From: an uncultured delta proteobacterium
GTDB taxonomy: Bacteria > Desulfobacterota > Binatia > UBA9968
Direction: 5' to 3'
Length of the DNA: 64,000 bases
Assembly: GCA_963728565.1 (NCBI GenBank)
Contig: CAVSLC010000001.1
Span: forward strand, 1 to 64,000
This document shows, piece by piece, positions 31,486 through 40,774 of the stretch; within the stretch, counting starts at the first letter, position 1; each line of letters starts with the position of its first letter. The notes under the pieces were generated by a model, which was not told the DNA's origin, did not search any database, and was given only the letters and a program-made list of their open reading frames with translations. The translations under genes were made by a program, and so were the position numbers.

Positions 31486-31582
31486 AAGGAAGTCTCCTGG
31501 TCATCGACGTTCTTTGTGCAAGTAACATCGAACCCGCCTGATGATGCACCCTCCCTATTGCGCATGAAGCAGCTGCCCGTGG

Positions 31583-31706
31583 CAGGCTGCTCAAAAAGCT
31601 CAGAGCCGAGGCGCGCGATAATCGATGAGCGGAGACGTACTGAGCGAGTACGTTGACGTGAGGCGATTGAGGGCAACGAAGGATATGAATTTTTTTCAGC
31701 AGGCTG
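31583..31706. repeat. ~120-bp MITE-like element, copy 2
   Basis: CAGGCTGCTCAAAAA...TTTTTTCAGCAGGCTG; similar to 25293-25413; abuts the stop codon at 31707. Confidence 0.65.
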
Positions 31707-33827
31707 CTACAGCACCCCCGCTCCCCGCGCCCATTTGTACTTGGCGCCCAGCACCGCGACGGGTAATTCCGTCGTATACGGATAAGCGACAATGCCGCGC
31801 TCATAGAGATACTCGCTCGCTTCTTCGACCTGCACGTCGCCCACCAGCGACGCCACCACCGGTTTGTCGATGCCTTTATCACGCGCCTCTTGGACAACTT
31901 CGGCGCACAGTTTGGCGAATACCATGGGCGGAGTGATGATCGTGTGCCAGTATCCGAGGATCAGCGAATGGATGCGCGGTTCGCCCAGCGCATAGCGAAT
32001 GGTATTTGCATAGGTTGTCGGCGGCTCGCCGCCGGTAATGTCAACGGGATTGCCGGCGGCGCCAAAAGGCGGAATGAACTTGCGAAACGCAGCGTCGAGA
32101 TCCGGCGGCATTTTCATCAAGGACAAGCCGTTGTCGACGCATGCGTCCGACAACAAAACGCCCGATCCGCCGGCACCGGTGATGATCACCACGTTCTCCC
32201 CTTGGGGATTCGGCAGCACCTGGAGGCCGCGAGCGAATTGCAGCATGTCATTTAAACTTTTCGCCCGAACAACACCGCATTGTCGCAGCACGTCATCATA
32301 GATCTTATCGTTTCCTGCCAGGGCGCCCGTATGGGACGCCGCGGCGCGCGCGCCCAGCGCCGTACGCCCGGCTTTGAGCACAACGATCGGTTTCTTTTTC
32401 GACACGCGGCTCGCCACTTCGGCGAACGAACGGCCGTCTTTTAAATCTTCACAGTGCATCGCTATGACCTGGGTATTGTCATCCTGTTCGAAATAAGTCA
32501 GGAGATCGTCTTCGTCGAGATCCGCCTTGTTGCCGAGGCCGACTATGGCCGACACTCCCATCTTCGTGGAGCGCGAAAATCCGATAATCGACATGCCGAC
32601 GCCGCCCGACTGCGAGCTGAGCGCCACTTTGCCCTTGACGTCGTAGGGCGTGCAAAAAGTGGCGCAGAGATTTTGCGGCGTATAGTAAAAGCCGTAGATA
32701 TTGGGACCCATGACACGGACGTTGTGCTTGCGCGCCACTCCAAGCAGCTCGTCCTGCAGCGCCTGCTCACCGATCTCGGCAAACCCCGACGGGATCATGA
32801 CGGCGCCGGGAATTTTCTTTTGGCCGACTTCCTCCATCGCGGCGGCGCAGAATTTGGCCGGAATCGCGAACACCGCCACGTCAATTTCGTCATCCACTTT
32901 GAGCACGCTTGGGTATGCCTTGCGCCCGAGGATTTCGCCGGCCTTGGGATGAATCGGCAAGATCGCTCCTTGATAGCCGCCGTTGATAAGATTTTTCATC
33001 ACCGAATTGCCGATCTTACCATCTTCCGCCGAGGCGCCGATCACGGCGACGGAACGGGGATTCATGATGCGCTGCATAGCGGCGAGAATTTCGCTCTGAC
33101 TGTAGCGCCGCCGCGATTGTGGCGGCTCTCCCAGGACGATCCGCACGTCCACGGCATTGGCTCCCGTATCCGTGGCAAAGATCGGATTCAAATCAACCTC
33201 GTGAATTTCTGGAAAGTCAGTCACCAGCGTCGACACTTTTGAGATGATGTCGGCCAGTGCCGCGCGCTCAACGCCTTTACCGCCGCGCACGCCGCGCAGA
33301 ACCTCAGCGGCTGCGATAGAATCAAGCATTGCCAGCGCCTCGGTCTCGTTCACCGGGGCCATGCGAAAGGTGATGTCTTTCATCACTTCGACGAGAACGC
33401 CGCCAAGACCGAAGGCGATCATTTTTCCGAAGGTGGTATCGCTCACGGCGCCAACCATGACTTCCTGGCCGCCTTTGAGCATTTGCTGCACCTGCACGCC
33501 CTGTATGCTGACGTTGCTGTTGTACTGCTTGGCATTGTTGACGAGCTGTTCGAATCCCGCCCGCACATCTGCTGCGTTCTCCAGTCCAACGATAACGCCA
33601 CCCGCCTCCGTCTTGTGAAGGATATCGGCCGAAACTATTTTCAATACGACCGGGAAACCCAACGCCGCGGCTACTTCCGCCGCCTTTGACGCTGTTGTTG
33701 CCAGCGCTTGTTTCGGCGTCGAGATTCCGTATGCCTCGCAGAGCTGCTGCGCCTCGGGCGCGGTCAAAGCCCGACGCCCCGCGCTCAGAGCAGAGTTGAT
33801 AATGGCGCGCAAGTTTTCATTGTTCAT
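31707..33827 (-). CDS. NDP-forming acyl-CoA synthetase (acetate-CoA ligase family; ATP-grasp N-terminal, CoA-binding C-terminal)
   Basis: GFPVVLKIVS..ILHKTEAGGV, DLNPI, PRSVAVIGAS, GPN, SQSGG, SHTGALAG (phospho-His), NPVD. Confidence 0.92.
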   Translation of the reverse strand: MNNENLRAIINSALSAGRRALTAPEAQQLCEAYGISTPKQALATTASKAAEVAAALGFPVVLKIVSADILHKTEAGGVIVGLENAADVRAGFEQLVNNAKQYNSNVSIQGVQVQQMLKGGQEVMVGAVSDTTFGKMIAFGLGGVLVEVMKDITFRMAPVNETEALAMLDSIAAAEVLRGVRGGKGVERAALADIISKVSTLVTDFPEIHEVDLNPIFATDTGANAVDVRIVLGEPPQSRRRYSQSEILAAMQRIMNPRSVAVIGASAEDGKIGNSVMKNLINGGYQGAILPIHPKAGEILGRKAYPSVLKVDDEIDVAVFAIPAKFCAAAMEEVGQKKIPGAVMIPSGFAEIGEQALQDELLGVARKHNVRVMGPNIYGFYYTPQNLCATFCTPYDVKGKVALSSQSGGVGMSIIGFSRSTKMGVSAIVGLGNKADLDEDDLLTYFEQDDNTQVIAMHCEDLKDGRSFAEVASRVSKKKPIVVLKAGRTALGARAAASHTGALAGNDKIYDDVLRQCGVVRAKSLNDMLQFARGLQVLPNPQGENVVIITGAGGSGVLLSDACVDNGLSLMKMPPDLDAAFRKFIPPFGAAGNPVDITGGEPPTTYANTIRYALGEPRIHSLILGYWHTIITPPMVFAKLCAEVVQEARDKGIDKPVVASLVGDVQVEEASEYLYERGIVAYPYTTELPVAVLGAKYKWARGAGVL

Positions 33828-34067
33828 CGGAAACCTCCGAAGCTGATGCCATATAATCGTGAGTCGGAACAGGCGCGAGAATTCGCGTGTTCAAAGCTGT
33901 GCTGTTTACCGCGATTGGCCCGCCACGTAACAAGTGAGCAAGCCTTCCCGATGCTCATAGGCCAGGCGAACTCGTCACTTCAGTCGCGATCCCGGAACGT
34001 CCGAATGTCTACCCGCCCGGAGTCGTCAGCTCGCGCATCTGTGTGCAGCATTCAGCGCTTAGCAAGA

Positions 34068-35309
34068 TTAAATCGCGCCTTGGTTGCGCGCCGCAGCGAT
34101 TTCCGTGTCACTCCAGCCGACGATCGATTTTAAGATTTCGTCCGTGTGCTCGCCCAGGAGCGGCGGCGTTCTTACCTCGGTCGGCGAGTCGGACAGCTTT
34201 ATCGGATTTCCTACCGTCAGAAATTTGCCGCGCTTGGGATGATCGACTTCGACCACCGTGCCGGTATCACGCAGCGACTGCTCCAAGGCAATCTCGCGCA
34301 TATCGAGAATCGGCCCGCAGGGCACGTCGAATTCGTTAAGCGTGCGCATGACTTCCAGCTTATCGAGTGTCATCGTCCACTGCTCGATGATCTCGAAACA
34401 TTTCCCGAGCTTGGGCAAACGCTTTTCCGGAGTCGCCCATTCGCGATCGGTGATCAGCTCAGGCCGGCCGCAGAGCTTCATCAGGTGTTCCCATCCGGGC
34501 GGTTGAATGATGACGTAGATATAGTCGTTCGGTCCGCCGCCTTTGGTGCGCACGGCCCAGCCTGGCTGTCCGCCGCCCGACGCGTTACCCGCGCGCGGCA
34601 CGGCATCGCCGAAGACTCCATTGGGATACTGCGGGTATTCCATCAGCGGTCCTGCCGCGAGCCGTTGCTGATCGCGCAGCTTGACCCGGCAGAGATTGAG
34701 GACCGTGTCCTGCATGGCGCATGTCACCCGCTGTCCTTGACCGGTTTTTTCGCGCTGGAAAAGCGCCGCAAGGATCCCGGCAACCAGATGGATGCCCGTG
34801 CCCGAATCGCCGATCTGCGCCCCGGTCACCAGCGGCGGGCCATCGTCGAAGCCAGTCGTGCTCGCTGCGCCGCCGGTGCATTGGGCGACGTTTTCATAGA
34901 CCTTGCAATCCTCGTAAGGCCCTGGACCAAAGCCTTTGACGGAAGCATAGATCATGCGCGGGTTGAGTTCACGAATTACTTCCCAGGTAAATCCCTGACG
35001 ATCGAGCGCACCGGGGGCGAAGTTCTCCACCATCACGTCGCAAGCCTTTATGAGTTTGCGGAAAATCTCTTTGCCCTTCTCACTCTTGGTGTTGAGGGTG
35101 ATACTTCGCTTGTTGCAGTTGAGCATGGTGAAATAGAGGCTGTCGAAATCGGGCTTGTCGCGCAATTGGCCGCGGGTAATGTCGCCGCGTCCGGGCAACT
35201 CCACTTTAATGACATCGGCGCCGAACCAGGCCAAAATCTGTGTGCAGGTCGGCCCCGACTGCACATGCGTCATATCGAGAATACGAATTCCGTCGAGCGC
35301 TTTACCCAT
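34068..35309 (-). CDS. frc: Formyl-CoA:oxalate CoA-transferase
   Basis: [28 protein letters not shown] (catalytic Asp), [11 protein letters not shown] loop. Confidence 0.93.
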   Translation of the reverse strand: MGKALDGIRILDMTHVQSGPTCTQILAWFGADVIKVELPGRGDITRGQLRDKPDFDSLYFTMLNCNKRSITLNTKSEKGKEIFRKLIKACDVMVENFAPGALDRQGFTWEVIRELNPRMIYASVKGFGPGPYEDCKVYENVAQCTGGAASTTGFDDGPPLVTGAQIGDSGTGIHLVAGILAALFQREKTGQGQRVTCAMQDTVLNLCRVKLRDQQRLAAGPLMEYPQYPNGVFGDAVPRAGNASGGGQPGWAVRTKGGGPNDYIYVIIQPPGWEHLMKLCGRPELITDREWATPEKRLPKLGKCFEIIEQWTMTLDKLEVMRTLNEFDVPCGPILDMREIALEQSLRDTGTVVEVDHPKRGKFLTVGNPIKLSDSPTEVRTPPLLGEHTDEILKSIVGWSDTEIAAARNQGAI

Positions 35310-35340
35310 AGATCATTCTTCTCCTTGGGAACCTTCGATC

Positions 35341-35414
35341 TCACCACGCAGCACACGAAGGTTGAGGAAAATGATACTCCGTCTTTCGTGTTCTCCGCGT
35401 GTCCTACCTGGTGA
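35341..35414. repeat. REP-like imperfect palindrome between the ThDP enzyme gene and frc
   Basis: TCACCACG..CACACGAAG ... TTTCGTGTTC..CGTG..GGTGA. Confidence 0.5.
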
Positions 35415-35455
35415 ATGTCATGCTCTTCTTCGGGGGCGTATTATGTCAGCCCACC

Positions 35456-37174
35456 TCATTTATACATGGTCTGCGCCTTGGTTCCCGGCGCGTATTCATT
35501 GATATCGACCCAGATGTTGACGATGGCGCATTGACCACCGGCGACGCGCTCGCGCGCTTGTTCCAGTGCAGGGCGAATCTGACCCGGCTCGCGCACCGCA
35601 ATACCCCACCCGCCAAAACATTCGGCGAACTTTTCGAAATCGACATCGCCGAGCTTGTTGCCGACACAGCCGCGCTCGGGACCGTACTTGCCGATCTGGC
35701 CGCAGCGGATTTGGTTCATCGCCGAGTTGTTGCCGATGACGGCGATGTAAGGCAGGCCGAAACGCTGCGCCGTTTCCATATCCCACGATGTCATACCGAA
35801 GGAGCCGTCGCCGTAGTAGCACAGCACTTCTTTCTTGGGATGAACAAATTTGGTCGCCATCGCGAACGAGGTGCCGACTCCCAGCGTACCGAGCGGCCCG
35901 GGATCCATCCAATTGCCGGCTTTGCGCGGTTCCACCGCGGTCGCGGTGATCGTAACTACATCGCCGCCGTCGCCGATGTAAACGGTATTGTCGGTTAGAA
36001 ATTCGTTGATCTCATAGGCAACCCGGTACGGATTGATCGGCGTCGAATCGGATTTGAACGACGGCAGCAGTTTCTCGTAAGCCTTGGCTTCCGCGCTGCG
36101 CAATTCTTTCATCCATTCGGCGCGCTTCGCGTTTCCATTGGAAGCGCGCCCGCTCGCAGCCTGCGCTACGGCGCTCAGAATCGCGCCGCAATCACCCACC
36201 AGCCCCAGTGATATATCGCGGTTCTTGCCGACATTGCGGTAATCCAAATCGATTTGCACGACCGTCGCATCGGCACGCAACCGCCGACCGTAGCCGAGAC
36301 GAAAATCGAACGGACTGCCGACGATAAGGATCACGTCGGCCTTGTCGAACGCAAGCCGCCGTGTTCGATTAAAGCCATGCGGATCGCCGGGGGCGAAAAC
36401 GCCGCGCGCCGAGCCGTTCATATAACCGGGAATATTGAGCGCGCGGCAAAACTCCACCGCCGCGTCATGCCCTCGGCAGGTCCAAACCTGCGTGCCGAAT
36501 AACGCCGCCGGACGCTCGGCCTTGACTAAAATATCGGCGAGCCGTTCGATATCGGCGGGATCGCCCACCGATTTAGTCGAGGCGCGATAGGCGCCGGGTT
36601 TGGGAACCCGCGCTCGCTCAAGCGGCACCTTGGCATCGAGCACGTCACGGGGGATTTCCAAATAGCTCGGTCCCGGGGCGCCATTGACGGATTCACGGAA
36701 AGCCATCGAGACCATGTCGGCGATGCGTTCTGTGTGCGGCACGCTCGCAGCAAACTTGGTTATCGGCGACATGAAATCGACGTGAGGCAGATCCTGCAGC
36801 GATCCCATCTTGTGCTGGCTCAGGGCCCCTTGCCCGCCAATCATGAGAAGCGGGCTTTCGGCGCGAAACGCATTAGCGATGCCGGTCATCGCGTTGGTGG
36901 TGCCGGGTCCCGCGGTCGTCACCACGCAGCCGATCTTGCCGCTCTGACGCGAGTAACCGTCCGCGGCGTGCGCCGCCACCTGTTCATGGCGCACGTCGAT
37001 AATCTTGATCCCTTCGTCGATGCAGCCGTCATAAATATCGATGATATGACCGCCGCATAGGGTCCAGATCACCTCGACGCCCTCGTTTTTGAGCGCCTTG
37101 GCGACTAGATGCCCGCCGGAAATGACCGGTCCGGTGGCTTCCTTTTTGGATTCAGAATTCACTGGCGTTGACAT
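35456..37174 (-). CDS. ThDP-dependent enzyme, probable oxalyl-CoA decarboxylase (2-hydroxyacyl-CoA lyase family)
   Basis: LCGGHI, RHEQ, DPGPLGTLGVG, GDGSFG...NN ThDP motif; directly upstream of frc. Confidence 0.75.
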   Translation of the reverse strand: MSTPVNSESKKEATGPVISGGHLVAKALKNEGVEVIWTLCGGHIIDIYDGCIDEGIKIIDVRHEQVAAHAADGYSRQSGKIGCVVTTAGPGTTNAMTGIANAFRAESPLLMIGGQGALSQHKMGSLQDLPHVDFMSPITKFAASVPHTERIADMVSMAFRESVNGAPGPSYLEIPRDVLDAKVPLERARVPKPGAYRASTKSVGDPADIERLADILVKAERPAALFGTQVWTCRGHDAAVEFCRALNIPGYMNGSARGVFAPGDPHGFNRTRRLAFDKADVILIVGSPFDFRLGYGRRLRADATVVQIDLDYRNVGKNRDISLGLVGDCGAILSAVAQAASGRASNGNAKRAEWMKELRSAEAKAYEKLLPSFKSDSTPINPYRVAYEINEFLTDNTVYIGDGGDVVTITATAVEPRKAGNWMDPGPLGTLGVGTSFAMATKFVHPKKEVLCYYGDGSFGMTSWDMETAQRFGLPYIAVIGNNSAMNQIRCGQIGKYGPERGCVGNKLGDVDFEKFAECFGGWGIAVREPGQIRPALEQARERVAGGQCAIVNIWVDINEYAPGTKAQTMYK

Positions 37175-37219
37175 GGTTGCCTCGCGTTAATTCTTCAGAA
37201 TAAGATTTTCCGCTTCAAT

Positions 37220-38038
37220 CTACCGTTCAGCGCGGACTCGGTAAAGCAACTGGCCGGATCCATTGACGCGGGGTGATCGAGCCCGACCGGAGCGATGATC
37301 AAAGGGTTCCTTTCCTCTTCTATTCCGCCTCTCGTTTTTTGACGGACGGCCGGACAACAGCACACTATCTTCAACCTGTTCGATATGGCGCAACATTTCA
37401 CTACGGGCTTTTGACTTATCGTGTTTTTCAATCGCGGCGACGATTCTTCGATGCGCTGCAATCGACGATGCTCTACGGTTGTCGGTCTGCAATGACTCCT
37501 CGCGGCTACGGCTCAACAGCTCCATCAACCCTGACACCAGTTTCTGCAGCGCCTGGTTCCGGGTGGTACGGCTAATGAAGAAGTGCAGCTCAGCATCCGC
37601 GTCGACGCCGCTCTCGCCGCGCCCCACCGCCTCGCTCTGCTTGGCGACAATTCTTTTCAGTTGCGCAACGTCATTCCGGCTGGCCCGCTGAGCGGCCAAA
37701 GCGGCAATATGCGGCTCGATCAACTTGCGCATTTCGAACATGTCCGCGAGAGCCTTTTTCTCGTCGATCAGTAGCCGCGCGAGCGGCCCGATCAAAGATT
37801 CAACCGGCAGGTCGGCAACGAAATTGCCCGTGCCGGTTCGGCTGACGATAAGTCCTTGGGTCTCGAGTGCGCGAAGCGCCTCACGCACCGAAGTTCGGCT
37901 TACTTTGAAAGTTTCAGCCAGTTCCCGTTCCGACGGCAGCTGATCACGCGCCCTGAACCGGCCCTGCTCGATCAGTTGACGGATCTGCTGGAAGACTTCC
38001 TCGTGAATTCGAATTCTTTTGATTGCGCGAAGCATCAA
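37220..38038 (-). CDS. GntR/FadR-subfamily transcriptional regulator
   Basis: LPSERELAETFKVSRTSVREAL wHTH; FCD domain (D..LH, H..I..AI). Confidence 0.93.
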   Translation of the reverse strand: MMLRAIKRIRIHEEVFQQIRQLIEQGRFRARDQLPSERELAETFKVSRTSVREALRALETQGLIVSRTGTGNFVADLPVESLIGPLARLLIDEKKALADMFEMRKLIEPHIAALAAQRASRNDVAQLKRIVAKQSEAVGRGESGVDADAELHFFISRTTRNQALQKLVSGLMELLSRSREESLQTDNRRASSIAAHRRIVAAIEKHDKSKARSEMLRHIEQVEDSVLLSGRPSKNERRNRRGKEPFDHRSGRARSPRVNGSGQLLYRVRAER

Positions 38039-38052
38039 GGACCACCGGCCTG

Positions 38053-38065
38053 CTGGTCTGACCAG
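38053..38065. promoter_or_regulatory. Candidate FadR-type operator CTGGTCTGACCAG
   Basis: Palindrome matching the TGGT-N3-ACCA consensus, 15 bp upstream of the regulator start in a divergent intergenic region; TTGACA on the minus strand at 38086-38091. Confidence 0.7.
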
Positions 38066-38273
38066 TTATCGAATACCGGCAGGCCTGTCAAGTTTATATT
38101 AAGCTCGCGCGAGAGTCAGAATCAATCCATGGCTGTTCGAAAGGGGGAGCATGTGTATGACGGGAGCAAACTCTTGACCTTACCCATCTGGACTACTATG
38201 CATAGCCAGAGCCGCGAGTTAAGAGTTATGATGATAGCAGTGAAACTACAATCGCTCCGAGAGATATAACCAG

Positions 38274-39998
38274 ATGTCCGATGCCGATTTCACTCGCATG
38301 CAATCCATCCTCGCCGGATTAGCGCCGCAAGGACGCGCTGCGCTCCTGCCAGCTCTTCAGCTGGCGCAGCAAATCCATGGCTGGCTCCCCGAAGCGGTGG
38401 CGGCGGAAGTTGGCCGCGTTTTAGGCGTGCCGCTGGCCGATGTTCATGGTGTTATCGATTTTTACGAGATGCTTTCGCGGCAGCCCATCGGCCGAACGGT
38501 CGTACGCGTGTGCAATGCGCCGGTATGCGGGCTCGCCGGTGCCGATGGATTGGCTGACGCGCTGTGCGGATATTTGCAACTTGAACCAGGCCAGGTCAGC
38601 GCCGACGGAGAGTTCACGGTGGAGCATGCTCCTTGCTTGGGTTTGTGCCATCACGCGCCGGCACTATTGGCAGGCGAATCAGCGATCGGACGTGCCGCTC
38701 CCGAGCGGGCAGCAGAAATCTGCGCGCGGAGCGTGGAACGGCCGATCAGCTTTGTCGGCGGCGACATCCGCATACTTACCAGCAATTGCGGTCGGGGCCG
38801 GTCCACATCCCTTGCCGCATACAGCAGCGGCGGCGGTTATACGGGATTGAAAAACGCTTTGACGATGGCGCCACAAGATGTGATCGCGGAGGTGAAGGCC
38901 GCGGGCTTAGTGGGCCGCGGCGGCGCGGCATTTCCAACCGGTATCAAGTGGGAAGGAGCGGCGCAGGCGGCGGGCCAACCCAAGTACATCGTGTGCAACG
39001 CCGACGAATCCGAACCCGGTACATTCAAAGACCGCATTCTCATGGAGGAGGACCCGCACCGTACCATTGAAGGTATGATGATCGCGGCTTTTGCGGTGGG
39101 GGCGAATCGCGGTTACTTCTATATTCGCGGAGAGTATCCCTACGCATTCAAGGTCGTGAGCGATGCCGTTGACGAGGCGCGGCAGGCCGGCGTCATTGGC
39201 AAAAATATTTTCGGCTCGAAATTAGACTTCGATATTGAAATGCGGCTAGGCGCCGGCGCCTATATTTGTGGCGAGGAAACCGCGCTGCTGGAATCCATCG
39301 AGGGCAAACGCGGCTTTCCGCGCATCAAGCCGCCGTTTCCAACCACCCATGGATTGTTTGGCAAGCCGACTGTGATCAACAATGTGGAGACTTTTTGCAA
39401 CATCCCACTGATTTTCCAAGGCGGCGCTGCAGAGTACCGCAAGCTAGGCACGCAACGCTCGCCCGGGCCCAAACTGTTTTGCGTGTCGGGGCAGATACAA
39501 GGACCCGGGCTGTACGAAGTGCCGTTTGGCGTCACCTTACGCCATTTGCTGTTTGAGCTGGCGGGCGGGTTGAAGCAAGGGCGCAAACTTCAAGCCGTTC
39601 TCATGGGCGGTGCTGCGGGCGCGTTCGCCACTGAGAAAGAATTGGATGTGATCTTATCATTCGAGAATCTGAGCGCGGCGGGTCTGCCGCTCGGCTCGGG
39701 CGCGGTGATGGTCTTCGACGATACTGCGGACCTGCGCGATGTGCTGAAGCGACTATCGCACTTCTTTGCCGACGAAAGCTGCGGCAAATGCTATCCTTGC
39801 CAGCTCGGCACGCAGCGACAGCATGAAATTCTCGATCGCGCCGCTGCCGGAGCTGCCGTTGGCGGCGACCGGGAACGCTTATCGGATGTCGGCGGCACGA
39901 TGATAGACGCATCCCTGTGCGGCCTGGGACAAACGGCGGCGACGGCGGTATTGAGCGCAATGAAGCTATGGCCGGAAATGTTTGAGAGACAAAAATGA
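38274..39998 (+). CDS. NuoE-NuoF fusion (diaphorase subunit of NAD-linked formate dehydrogenase)
   Basis: N-terminal 2Fe-2S VCNAPVC...CLGLC; GRGGAAFP, NADESEPG, GAYICGEET, CGKCYPC...C. Confidence 0.92.
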   Translation: MSDADFTRMQSILAGLAPQGRAALLPALQLAQQIHGWLPEAVAAEVGRVLGVPLADVHGVIDFYEMLSRQPIGRTVVRVCNAPVCGLAGADGLADALCGYLQLEPGQVSADGEFTVEHAPCLGLCHHAPALLAGESAIGRAAPERAAEICARSVERPISFVGGDIRILTSNCGRGRSTSLAAYSSGGGYTGLKNALTMAPQDVIAEVKAAGLVGRGGAAFPTGIKWEGAAQAAGQPKYIVCNADESEPGTFKDRILMEEDPHRTIEGMMIAAFAVGANRGYFYIRGEYPYAFKVVSDAVDEARQAGVIGKNIFGSKLDFDIEMRLGAGAYICGEETALLESIEGKRGFPRIKPPFPTTHGLFGKPTVINNVETFCNIPLIFQGGAAEYRKLGTQRSPGPKLFCVSGQIQGPGLYEVPFGVTLRHLLFELAGGLKQGRKLQAVLMGGAAGAFATEKELDVILSFENLSAAGLPLGSGAVMVFDDTADLRDVLKRLSHFFADESCGKCYPCQLGTQRQHEILDRAAAGAAVGGDRERLSDVGGTMIDASLCGLGQTAATAVLSAMKLWPEMFERQK

Positions 39999-40072
39999 AA
40001 CCGGAAAGGATGAAAACGGAAACCGTTCCGATTCAGCTTTCAGATTTCCGCTTTCCAAGGATTTAAGGCATT

Positions 40073-40774
40073 ATGGCTGATGTAACTCTTACTCTCGACG
40101 GCGAGTCCGTCACGGTTCCTGACGGCACGACGATCCTCAAGGCGGCGGAAAAAGCCGGACGGCAAATTCCCACCATCTGCTACCACGATCATTGCACGGC
40201 CAACGGGCTCTGCCGCATCTGCGTGGTCGAAGTCGACGGCGTAAAGCCGCTTGTCCCGGCCTGTCTGAGCCGGGCGAGCGAGGGCATGAAAGTCTCGACC
40301 TCGAGCGCGCGCGCCGAGCGCAGCCGCCGGACAATCCTGGAGATGCTCGCGTCGGCCGTGGACCTGTCCGAGGCGCCGGAGATTCAAAAATTCATCGACG
40401 CGTATCGCGCCGACACCGCGCGCTTTCCCGATGCCGAGCGCCGCGAGTATCCGGTGCTCGATGACAACCCGATGTATCTCCGCGATTACTCCAAATGCAT
40501 CTTGTGCTGGCGCTGCGTTCAGGTGTGCGCCGACGATGCGCAGTACACCTACGCGCTCAGCTTCAAAGGGCGCGGTTTCGACACCGGCATCGCCACCTTC
40601 TTTGACAAGCCGATGCCTGAAACTACCTGCGTATTTTGCGGCCAGTGCGTCGGCGTCTGTCCCACCGGCGCGCTCAAGCCCAAGCGCGAGTCACTGCTCG
40701 AGCAGGGCCTTTCGTTGGATGAAATCATGCAGGCGACCAGGGGTGGGAAGAAACGCCGGAGGAAGTCACCATGA
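40073..40774 (+). CDS. Fe-S subunit (NuoG N-terminal-like 2Fe-2S + 2x4Fe-4S) of formate dehydrogenase
   Basis: IPTICY...CRIC...C; CILCWRC; [12 protein letters not shown]. Confidence 0.9.
   Translation: MADVTLTLDGESVTVPDGTTILKAAEKAGRQIPTICYHDHCTANGLCRICVVEVDGVKPLVPACLSRASEGMKVSTSSARAERSRRTILEMLASAVDLSEAPEIQKFIDAYRADTARFPDAERREYPVLDDNPMYLRDYSKCILCWRCVQVCADDAQYTYALSFKGRGFDTGIATFFDKPMPETTCVFCGQCVGVCPTGALKPKRESLLEQGLSLDEIMQATRGGKKRRRKSP

Noticed and set aside
34146-35414. Long antisense ORFs (422 aa here; also 40549-41712 and others)
   Set aside because: Shadow frames of GC-rich genes on the opposite strand, with no recognisable motifs.
38274-40774. Respiratory complex I or hydrogenase genes
   Set aside because: They are coupled to fdhF; no other nuo genes or hydrogenase catalytic motifs are present.
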